Assembly (NCBI GenBank): GCA_963848135.1
Contig: CAWKCK010000002.1
Span: 434,001 to 498,000, forward strand
Source of the DNA: an uncultured delta proteobacterium
GTDB taxonomy: Bacteria > Desulfobacterota > Desulfobacteria > Desulfobacterales > SG8-13
Direction of reading: 5' to 3'
Length of the DNA stretch: 64,000 nucleotides
Positions 42,019 through 50,629 of this stretch are shown here, piece by piece. The translations under genes were made by a program, and so were the position numbers. The notes under the pieces are model-generated. The model made no database searches. It saw only the letters and a program-made list of their open reading frames with translations, and was not told the origin of the DNA. How positions within the stretch are numbered: position 1 is the stretch's first letter; every line of letters starts with the position of its first letter.

Positions 42019-42034
42019 AGCAATGATCGTGCCG
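42019..42034 (-). promoter_or_regulatory. sigma54 (-24/-12) promoter candidate for the downstream glycosylation genes
   Basis: Minus strand CGGCACG-ATCA-TTGCT matches TGGCACG-N4-TTGCW with correct spacing, about 130 nt upstream of 41891. Confidence 0.65.
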
Positions 42035-42317
42035 TATGTATTTTCCGGGCCTGATCGCTCCCAGATCCTGCGATAGAAACTAATAACGCGCTCGAAGAAG
42101 CCGGGTCCGGCCGTATAACCGTCATACTATTGGCACTCGCATCAAGTATTCCGTGGGCTTTTTGACTTCAGAAAAGGCTTTGTTACGCAGATCCCAGGCC
42201 AGTATTCCCCATATGCTGAAACTGGATATGAAATATGCAGGCTGGCACTGTCACTTGTTTCCGTGTAATCGGAAGACCGAGAACACGTTAGCGGGAGGCG
42301 AGCAGAAACGGTGGATT

Positions 42318-44051
42318 TCAATACGCAAGATCATTCAAGACAAAGAGTGCGTAGAGCTGATTTTGCTTGAGCAGTACCATGTCATGTGTGAAAAAATCAG
42401 CCGCTACTTTCCGCTCCCGCTCGTCCAGCGAACCCGCCCATTGTTTCAACAGGCCAAGGTGGACGATGACATGGGTATAACCTTTGTTATGGAAGGACTT
42501 CAGGACACTTTCCGATGTTGACGCCAGAATAATGGATCGGGTAAGTTTCTTTTCACCGAAAATCAATTTCCTATCGCAGTAATACCGACGGTTTCCCAAA
42601 AAAAGACCGAGAATTTTATCAGTCTCTTTGAGATTCTGATTCGCGTATTTCACCACGGGATATTCAGGTCTGAATTTCGCAATATATTCATCGCGTCCCA
42701 ATCGCCCACTGATGTAGCTGAAAGGATCGACTTTCCTGACCAGTTGTATCAAATAATCGGTATTCATCCCGAAAAGAAGCACTGCTGCCAAAATCATCGC
42801 CATTGAACCGGCCAACACAGTTTTTGAACGCTTTTGTGCCCGAATGAGCACCACCAAATTTTTAACACCAAAACACGACAATATGATCAGGGCCGGTATA
42901 ACCGGGGCAATGTATCGTATGCGAATACTTGTTCGGAAAAACGAGAACAGCAGAAATAGGATGACAAAAAATAAAAGCATGTTTCGTTCTAAATGGTCGT
43001 AGGACTGTAATTTTGGTTTTGGAAAGAACGCCATAAATGGCAGGAGCAAAAGGAATGGGTTGAGTTTTCCGTCAAAGTATTGCGGAGTGTCATCCTGACC
43101 CTGAAAGAAGATTCGAATCGGAACGAGGGCGATTTGTCCCCAAGATTCACCGTAAATAATTCGACGTACCGCCAGGTGGTTCCAGTCTTGGGTGCGTTTT
43201 TCGATTTCTGTCTGAATTTCAGACGGTTCCCCATCAACCGGATGGGCTGAAGCCGATGAGAAAACACTATTGTAAAGGGGAAATATAGGGTTGCCTGTCC
43301 AGAGAGTGTTTCGGAGCATCCAGGGCGAGAAGATCGCCAGGGCAATAATCGCATATCCAACGGCGAGCCCGACAGCTTTACCCTGGCGGACAGATTGACC
43401 GCCCCCGGATCGAAGGTAGATGTAGGGAACAAAAATCGTTAAAATAAAAAACGTTACCAGACCATTGTACTTTGTACCGAGGGCCAGTCCGCAATAAACG
43501 GCAGAAAAGATGAAATATTTGTACTTGCGTTTATCTTGTCCCCATTTAAAGAGGGCGAGCAAGGCTGCGGTTGAGAAAAAAACCAACCCAAGATCGACAT
43601 ATATGGTTATCGACAACTTGATAATAACGGGCAGAGACAGAAAAAATAGGACCCCGAACAGGGCATAGACCGAACCAAAGCGTTTTTTTACATAACCATA
43701 AATGATACCTGCCGTAAGGAGTCCAAAAAGGAAATGTATGAGTTTCGGGATAATATCGTTACCGAAATAAAGGGGGACCATGTAAAGCAAATCGAGGTTC
43801 ATGGGAAAATAAGAAAACGGAATGTATGGCAGTTCGACCATGCCACCGTGCTGAAGGTAAATTTTAGGGACAGCGAGGTGATGGGTCAGCGCATCCCGAC
43901 TCACCGGTGGAACCCATGACAGCAGGATAACCGCAAGTATTAAGACACAAATACACATTAGAAAAATAACACTGATTAAACTCTCGACCTTTTTGGGGGA
44001 ATTCTTAGTTTCTGCGTTTATCATCGTTTCCTTTGGCGGTTGCTGTCTCAC
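42318..44051 (-). CDS. GT-C fold membrane glycosyltransferase (ArnT/PMT-like)
   Basis: PPVSRDALTHHLAVPK, YVDLG, GLALGTKY, PWMLRN...GNPIFP, IRYIAP. Confidence 0.82.
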   Translation of the reverse strand: MRQQPPKETMINAETKNSPKKVESLISVIFLMCICVLILAVILLSWVPPVSRDALTHHLAVPKIYLQHGGMVELPYIPFSYFPMNLDLLYMVPLYFGNDIIPKLIHFLFGLLTAGIIYGYVKKRFGSVYALFGVLFFLSLPVIIKLSITIYVDLGLVFFSTAALLALFKWGQDKRKYKYFIFSAVYCGLALGTKYNGLVTFFILTIFVPYIYLRSGGGQSVRQGKAVGLAVGYAIIALAIFSPWMLRNTLWTGNPIFPLYNSVFSSASAHPVDGEPSEIQTEIEKRTQDWNHLAVRRIIYGESWGQIALVPIRIFFQGQDDTPQYFDGKLNPFLLLLPFMAFFPKPKLQSYDHLERNMLLFFVILFLLFSFFRTSIRIRYIAPVIPALIILSCFGVKNLVVLIRAQKRSKTVLAGSMAMILAAVLLFGMNTDYLIQLVRKVDPFSYISGRLGRDEYIAKFRPEYPVVKYANQNLKETDKILGLFLGNRRYYCDRKLIFGEKKLTRSIILASTSESVLKSFHNKGYTHVIVHLGLLKQWAGSLDERERKVAADFFTHDMVLLKQNQLYALFVLNDLAY

Positions 44052-44094
44052 CGGTCGATATAGAAGACTTGATTGTTATATCATTCAAGCGCGA

Positions 44095-45276
44095 TTAATC
44101 GGCAACATGTAGCAATATTTCCGGTGGGATTTGACCACTGTATAGCTTACCGTCGATCAGAAAAGCCGGCGTACCGGATACACCCAACTTCAGACCGTCT
44201 ATAATATCACGATGTAACTTTTTGCTGAAATCATTTCGGTGGAGCGCGCGAGTCAATGCTTCATAGTCAAGCCCGATTTCGTCGGCCAATACTTGCAGAT
44301 CAATCCGATCGGTAAATCGGGCATTGGCGAACAGGTAATCGTTTGTTTGCCAGAATTTTCCTTGCGTGGCTGCATAAATGGTTAGAATGGCCAGTGCGCC
44401 GGCACCCTTATGATTTTGACTTTTTACAATCGGGTTGACGGTGTGGTCCATAGGGAAATGACGATGGATGACTTTTATCTTTCCGGGATAGCGAGTCATT
44501 ATTTTCCGGAGATAATAGTTCATCTTACTGCACTGGAAACAGAGATAATCCGAAAACTCGGTGATAACCACCTTCCCGTTTTCAGCGCCGATCCAAGGAT
44601 GGCCGTCTGATGTCAATCCACTGGGTTGATCTGCCGACAAAAGTGCAGTTTTTAAATTCCAGTAGGATGGGAATAAGGACCAGAGGAGAAGAACCCCAGC
44701 CAAAAAAGAGATGAATACGAATTGGGCTGTTTTTCGCCATGTCCAAATATATCGGAGGTCATGCCCAATACTATTGTGTAAGGGCTCGTGAGCGAAGCGC
44801 TTCCTGATCAACCAGCAATAGTACAGTAATAAAAAATTAATCGCATAAACCAGAACACACATAATACAGTAACTATCAATATAGACATGGGAAATGACGG
44901 CAAGAATGATGCTAGAAATACTGTATACCAGTGCCACTATAAATATGACGCCCCATACTCTTTTTTTCTGCGCCGACGCTCTACCGGCAAACAGTAGCAG
45001 GAGAAGTAAAAAAATGTACCCGATCACTCCCCATACCGGAACGGGCATCCCCATAAAAATGGCATACGGGCTTTGTGAAACGGTATCGCAATTTATTGCT
45101 CTTGATATTGCGCAGAAGCTTTCGTAGCCAATATCATTATATATTCGATAATGTGAGACTGAAAGATAGGCGGAATCGGCTAACCCGATAAACGCCAAAG
45201 ATACAACTGTCCAGAAATAAACACCATATGCCAAAGGCTTTATCACGGCATTTCTGTCTGTAACAATAAGTGCCAT
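44095..45276 (-). CDS. VKOR-DsbA(thioredoxin) fusion, disulfide-bond formation
   Basis: VKOR loop Cys pair FCAISRAINC and TM CxxC YCIMC; thioredoxin domain EFSDYLCFQC, HRHFPM, GVSGTP (cis-Pro loop). Confidence 0.9.
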   Translation of the reverse strand: MALIVTDRNAVIKPLAYGVYFWTVVSLAFIGLADSAYLSVSHYRIYNDIGYESFCAISRAINCDTVSQSPYAIFMGMPVPVWGVIGYIFLLLLLLFAGRASAQKKRVWGVIFIVALVYSISSIILAVISHVYIDSYCIMCVLVYAINFLLLYYCWLIRKRFAHEPLHNSIGHDLRYIWTWRKTAQFVFISFLAGVLLLWSLFPSYWNLKTALLSADQPSGLTSDGHPWIGAENGKVVITEFSDYLCFQCSKMNYYLRKIMTRYPGKIKVIHRHFPMDHTVNPIVKSQNHKGAGALAILTIYAATQGKFWQTNDYLFANARFTDRIDLQVLADEIGLDYEALTRALHRNDFSKKLHRDIIDGLKLGVSGTPAFLIDGKLYSGQIPPEILLHVAD

Positions 45277-45309
45277 TTCGATACGATGTTTCCTTTCAAT
45301 CGATCGATA

Positions 45310-47388
45310 TCATTGATCTGTCGTTCCTGTTGTGGATAGACGGATATATTTTGCCATTTCACTGGTGATAGTTTGTTCTAATTTGCGATAATCATTCTTG
45401 TTATTAAGTGTTTCCTTGGAAATATCACCTAAGGATAATAAAATGGCTTCAACAGATGCGGATTGAATAAGATACCGAAGTAATGTCTCCACTTCTTCAG
45501 AGTCTTGCATCCGGAGATTGACGTCGATCAATCGTAAGTAAGTCAATATGTTTTCCGGCGCGAGGTTAAGTCCTATCTTGAATAGTTTCTCGGCCCTGCG
45601 GTTTGCGCTTATAGCCATCAGGGCGATACCGGCGTTCACATAACCGGCGGATTGACTGGGGTTGGCAAGGATTGCATCACGAAAAGCGATCAATGCACGT
45701 TCAGGATTATATTTATAGAGATGAATCGTTCCTTTTAGATTCAGATAATCGTTATTCCGCGGGTATCGCCGAAGGAGTATGTCAACATGACTTAAGGCGT
45801 TGTCCCACTTTTTTTGCTTCCGGAGGGTATCAGCCAAGCGATAACGGAAATACACTTTATGAGGGGCAATTGCATGGGCTTTCTCGAAATAAATCTCAGC
45901 ATCTTTGTATCGTCCTTGCCGAAAGTAGATATTGGCGATATTGCCATAAAGCTCGGCGCGATGGGAGCGCCGGTGCATTTTGAGATTTTCGGATCTTTGA
46001 TAGAGTTCCAGGGCCTTGTCCAGATGGCCATTTTTTTCATACAGAGCCATCGCCAGGTTATGAAGTGTCCGCTGAAGACGTGGCGCTTTGCGATAGGCAT
46101 CTGACCATAGGGAGACCTCGGTCTGCCAATCGCGGTTACGCTGATAAGTCCCAAAGCCGAACCCGATAATCAGCAAGATGATAAAACCAGACACGATCAG
46201 ATAATCGATTCTCCGGCGTTTGTATTCACGATCGAGCAGCCATTTCGCCCCGATGGCAACCGGAACAAAAAGAAACATGGAGGGAAGATAGTTGCGGTGT
46301 TCAAAAACCAACTCAAGAGGTAGAATTGTCGATTCAATAAGGTGATTTAGAAAGAAGAATAAGATGGCAAAACTGAGCATCGGGCGCTTCTTAATTTGAG
46401 CCAGAGCATAGAAAATCAATACTGCGATGACAACCATTGCCGGTATGGTCGTCCACGGATGCCACAATGACGTAGACACCTGGATGTCATGGTCAATCGA
46501 TAAACGTGCGGAAAGAGGAAAAAATATCTGTGTCAGGTAGAAAACAAGCACCCGCGGCTGGGTCAGTATACGTTCCATCGGCGTAAAATAGCGATCGCCA
46601 TACCCGGAAAATACCGACATGGCATCGCCATTAAGATAAAGAGCGCCGCCGATCCCTGCAACCACAACAAATCCGATAATACCGGCTGTCAGAAACCGCT
46701 TGCGGGTTTTAGTTTCATCCATATTATTGAAAAAGATAAACTCCACGAGGACAAGTATCAGTGGCAGCATCGCGGCGTTCTCTTTCGATGCCATTCCCAG
46801 CAACCACAAAACCATGGTAAACGAAGAGAAAAACAGAAAATTGCTGCGTTTGACTGTCGATCGTGCCTTAAGATAGCAATAGATACCGGCAATGCAAAAA
46901 AATCCCGCCAACACAGTCATACGCTGAACGATGTAAGTCACCGCCTGGACCTGAATCGGATTGGCGGCCCAAAGTACCGCGGCTAAAAGGGAAATAAAAT
47001 AGGTGGATCCCGTGTATTTCTTCATTAACGCCGGGGTCTCAAGTAAACATCTTGTCGATAGGAAAATCAGAAACGCCGTCAAGACGTGAAGCAGGATATT
47101 AACAAAGTGGTAACCGGTGACGATATTTTGACCGATGTACCAGTTAAGGGCAAAAGTCAGGAAAGATACCGGGCGCCAGTAAGAAGTTCTCTCCGGATGC
47201 TGCGTCGATTGAATCAATAGCGTAGGCGTGAGTTGGGCAATCTGTACCTTCGGATTGTTGACGATACTGAAATAGTCGTCAAGGTGCCAGGAGGCATTCA
47301 GGCTATTGCTATAAATGGTCAGCGTGAGGAAGAAGAGAAGGATTAAAGGAAACAGCAAGACTCTTGATGTCGAGTTTACATGACTCAT
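45310..47388 (-). CDS. TMTC-like GT-C glycosyltransferase with C-terminal TPRs
   Basis: WHLDDYFSIVNNP, YWRPVSFLTFALN, WAANPIQVQAVTYIVQR, SKENA, LSIDH, FEHRNYLPS, RNRDWQTEVSLW, then TPRs. Confidence 0.87.
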   Translation of the reverse strand: MSHVNSTSRVLLFPLILLFFLTLTIYSNSLNASWHLDDYFSIVNNPKVQIAQLTPTLLIQSTQHPERTSYWRPVSFLTFALNWYIGQNIVTGYHFVNILLHVLTAFLIFLSTRCLLETPALMKKYTGSTYFISLLAAVLWAANPIQVQAVTYIVQRMTVLAGFFCIAGIYCYLKARSTVKRSNFLFFSSFTMVLWLLGMASKENAAMLPLILVLVEFIFFNNMDETKTRKRFLTAGIIGFVVVAGIGGALYLNGDAMSVFSGYGDRYFTPMERILTQPRVLVFYLTQIFFPLSARLSIDHDIQVSTSLWHPWTTIPAMVVIAVLIFYALAQIKKRPMLSFAILFFFLNHLIESTILPLELVFEHRNYLPSMFLFVPVAIGAKWLLDREYKRRRIDYLIVSGFIILLIIGFGFGTYQRNRDWQTEVSLWSDAYRKAPRLQRTLHNLAMALYEKNGHLDKALELYQRSENLKMHRRSHRAELYGNIANIYFRQGRYKDAEIYFEKAHAIAPHKVYFRYRLADTLRKQKKWDNALSHVDILLRRYPRNNDYLNLKGTIHLYKYNPERALIAFRDAILANPSQSAGYVNAGIALMAISANRRAEKLFKIGLNLAPENILTYLRLIDVNLRMQDSEEVETLLRYLIQSASVEAILLSLGDISKETLNNKNDYRKLEQTITSEMAKYIRLSTTGTTDQ

Positions 47389-47418
47389 TTGCGGTTAACG
47401 TTTTCTGTTATATCATCG

Positions 47419-49495
47419 TTATAATTGACTAATTTTAAGCCGAATATTGGATTGTATGTCGCCGATCGGGATATTGAGATGTCGGTTTTGAGCAACGAGA
47501 TGTCTCAAATATGCCAGGGCGTGGGACGAGCCGACCCGCTCGATAAAACGATCCAGGTGTCGCCCTGCCGCTGTTTCTTCACCGACAATCATTCGGTTTT
47601 TTGCCAGCAAAAGATGCACCAACGGTTCAGTCGGACGGGCGGCTTCAGCCATGGTCATAAAATTATAACCCTGCTTCAAACTGCCTTGCATCGTCATTGC
47701 GGCACCGATGCCCAGCAGGTTTTGCCAATCTGCCGAATCCAGTTTAAGGCACGCTTGAAAATATTTTAAGGCTTCCTCCGGTTTGCCCTCATACAACAAA
47801 ATTATGCCTTTCAGTCTGAGCACATCTTCTTGCGGCGGTTTCTGGGAAATTATGTTCGCCAACGTTACTGAAGCGTCCTGCCATTTCCCGAGTCTTGTCT
47901 GGGTCAGACTGAGACGATAATAAATGCGATCATACCGGGGATAGGTTTCCAAAGCCATTTTAAAATACTTTTCAGCCTCGGGATAATTACCCCGTGTAAA
48001 ATGGATACTGGCAATGTTGTTCAAACTGCGGGTTTTTTCGTACACGTTCTGGCCGTTGAGATTGAGACCGCGATGGTAAAGATCAAGCGCCTCATCGTAA
48101 AACCCGTGTTTCTCGTAATATTGAAACGCCAGCTCGTGATGCGCCCGAATCGAACCGGGAGCCTTACGAAGAGTATCCTCCCAAAGGGATTTCTCATTGG
48201 CCCACGCCTTATTCCTGATGTATGTCCCTGTTCCCAAGCTGATTATGGCAAGAATAATGGCAGCCACGAGAAAACGTCGCATAGGCGGACTGCTGACTCG
48301 ATAATTCTCGAGGATTTTTTTGAATCCAAAGGACAACGGCATGAAAATAAAAAGCGAAGGGAGATAATTTCGGTGCTCATAGACCAATTCCAACCCGATA
48401 ACGGATGATTCTATTATATGGTTGATAAAAAAGAAGAGGATCGCGAAGCTCAACAGCGGTCTGCGCCCCATCCAGTAAAACCCGAAAACAATGAGGGCCA
48501 GTATCATTCCGATGCTCGGCAGGGTTGTCCAGGGATGAAAAATGGAAGTTGATACCAAAATATCATGATATATGGAAAGCCGGTCCGGTACAGGATAGAA
48601 AATCTGCGAGAGATACAACATCAGAACACGGGCCTCTGTGAGCAACCTTTCGATGGGGGTGAAGGTTCGAAAGGGATACCCCCTGAAAAAGCTGAACGGG
48701 TTGCCGAAAAGGTAAGTCCCCAGCAGGAGGACAAGGAGTCCTCCGGCGGCAAGGCACAGACCGAAATGCAACCTTTACACGCTTGTCACGTAAATCCCGG
48801 AAAAAGATGAACTCGACCAGCAGGAGAATCAACGGTAGCAAGGCCGCATTTTCTTTGCTGAATAGGGCGCATATGTAACTCATTGCGCACAAAATGAATA
48901 GCGCCAGGCGTGCGCCGAAATTAGGTTTTAACCTTGCCGTAAGGTACAGGTAGACAGCCAGCAAGTAAAACATCGCCGCCATCGATGCCATCCGCTGGAC
49001 AATGTAGGTCACCGCCTGGGTATGGATGGGATTGACAGACCAAAGGGCTGCGGTCAGCACCGCCGTCATAAAAGCATGGCTGCGCGATACTCCTTTCATT
49101 GCCGGTGTTTTCATCACGGCCAGAACGGTAGCAAACAGCAAAAGCGTCGTCAGAACATGAACGGTGATGTTGACGAGGTGGTAACCGAGAACATCGGTAC
49201 GGTGCACGAAGGCATTGAGGGCAAAGGATAAATAAGCCAGAGAACGGTAAGGTTTACGCTTGCCTTCCGGTGATGCGAAAAACGTCTGCCAGAGGGTACC
49301 GGGCTTCAGATCATTGATGAGCACCCGAGGGTTGCTTTGAATATTGGCATAGTCATCCAGGTGCCAGGATGACTGCAGGGTGTTGCTGTAGATAATGGCG
49401 ACCCATAAAACCAAAAGGAAAATGACAAGGCTGTACCCGGAAATTTTGTCGAATTTCTTATTGGTTTGGCACCCAGGCTGTGGCAGGCGGTTCAT
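47419..49495 (-). pseudogene. TMTC-like GT-C glycosyltransferase with TPRs, split by an apparent +1 frameshift at 48764-48766; possibly intact in vivo
   Basis: WHLDDYANIQSNP, YRSLAYLSFALN, NPIHTQAVTYIVQR, SKENA; deleting one T gives VKVAFGLCLAAGG and continues to YEHRNYLPS, RNKAWANEKSLW and TPRs. Confidence 0.85.
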
Positions 49496-49609
49496 ACATC
49501 CATTGGTTGGTATTTATTGATGACCAGGTAACGTCCTTTTCAAGCTAACTGCACTGAATAATACCATTTTTAGCCTAAAATTACCATCAGTCTGTTATGT
49601 TTTGATCCA

Positions 49610-49647
49610 AACAGAAAAGGGGAGTTGAATCCCTCCCCTTTTCTGTT
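49610..49647 (-). terminator. intrinsic terminator downstream of pilA (symmetric, potentially bidirectional)
   Basis: AACAGAAAAGGGGAG-N8-CTCCCCTTTTCTGTT perfect 15-bp inverted repeat, about 30 nt after the pilA stop. Confidence 0.8.
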
Positions 49648-49674
49648 GGTTGTATTATGTCAGTTTACGAAATA

Positions 49675-50073
49675 TTAGTTGAGCCAGTACCCCTGCGAAC
49701 CACCCATGGTCTTGTAGAACTGGGTGCTGCGCGGGCAGCGATTGGAATCATCGTCGACAAAGATCTGGGTCAAGCCGGGCGTGTCCTCATCGATTGAAAT
49801 GCTGGTGGGCAAATTGTTGGTCGACAGCTGTTCGGTACTTCTTAGTTCATCCACAGTCGGCGTCGTGGTGTGGTCCGGCTCGGAGAAGTATGACGCCAGG
49901 GCCGCGGCGACACTCTGGGCATCCTGTTCACCGTAGCTGCAGAAGGCCTTGTCGCGGTAGGCGATGAAGTTAGGAATCGCGATGGCGGCCAGAATACCGA
50001 TGATAGCAATAACGATCATAAGTTCGATCAGGGTAAAACCTTTTTGATTGTTGCCTCTCAATTTCTGTAGCAT
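49675..50073 (-). CDS. pilA: type IVa major pilin
   Basis: Prepilin leader [34 protein letters not shown] with E5 and P22; strong SD AAGGAGGT; sigma54 promoter; adjacent PilR-like regulator. Confidence 0.92.
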   Translation of the reverse strand: MLQKLRGNNQKGFTLIELMIVIAIIGILAAIAIPNFIAYRDKAFCSYGEQDAQSVAAALASYFSEPDHTTTPTVDELRSTEQLSTNNLPTSISIDEDTPGLTQIFVDDDSNRCPRSTQFYKTMGGSQGYWLN

Positions 50074-50221
50074 GTTGTGACCTCCTTTTGGGAATGTAAT
50101 TTACTATATCAATGACAATGAAAGTAAATGAATTTTGGGTTTAATCTTGCGACTGTTTCCTTTGCCACCTCCTTCTGAATCTGTTTATTGGTTGTCATCA
50201 ATCATGTTTGCTGGTTCATCC

Positions 50222-50237
50222 TGCAATGCGCATGCCA
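50222..50237 (-). promoter_or_regulatory. sigma54 (-24/-12) promoter of pilA
   Basis: Minus strand TGGCATG-CGCA-TTGCA; AT-rich IHF-like tract (AAACAATAAGTTA) just upstream. Confidence 0.8.
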
Positions 50238-50363
50238 CACTGGCGACAGCACTTCACGATTTTTTAACTTATTGTTTTTATTGTTTTTATATCGACTTCC
50301 CAAAAAACGTGCACTCATGACAGGCCAAAACCCGTTGCCGCGAACCGAATTTTGTTAATGGCT

Positions 50364-50378
50364 TGACAAATATTGTCA
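50364..50378. promoter_or_regulatory. candidate upstream activator (PilR) binding site
   Basis: Inverted repeat TGACAA-ATA-TTGTCA about 130 bp upstream of the sigma54 box, with additional TGTC/GACA half-sites nearby. Confidence 0.55.
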
Positions 50379-50629
50379 GGAAAATGTCGAATCGACGAGT
50401 TATGTGGTCGGCGAGCCTATCACCCTGGTTCGATTCAGATCGAAATACTGAACTTTGAAAAATTGTCTAGGAGATGATAACTTTTGAGGATGTCAAAACA
50501 CATTCCGTTATGCGACCGTGATTCACCAACCACGAATACCATCCGTCTGTACCTCGGAATTTATTTTTAAAAACGGAAGGAGTAAAGGGATACGATGTTA
50601 AGGATTTCGAAAATTGGAAGAGCCTACGC

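Noticed and set aside
42153..42521. 122-aa + strand ORF
   Set aside because: Mostly antisense to the GT-C 3' end; no recognisable motifs
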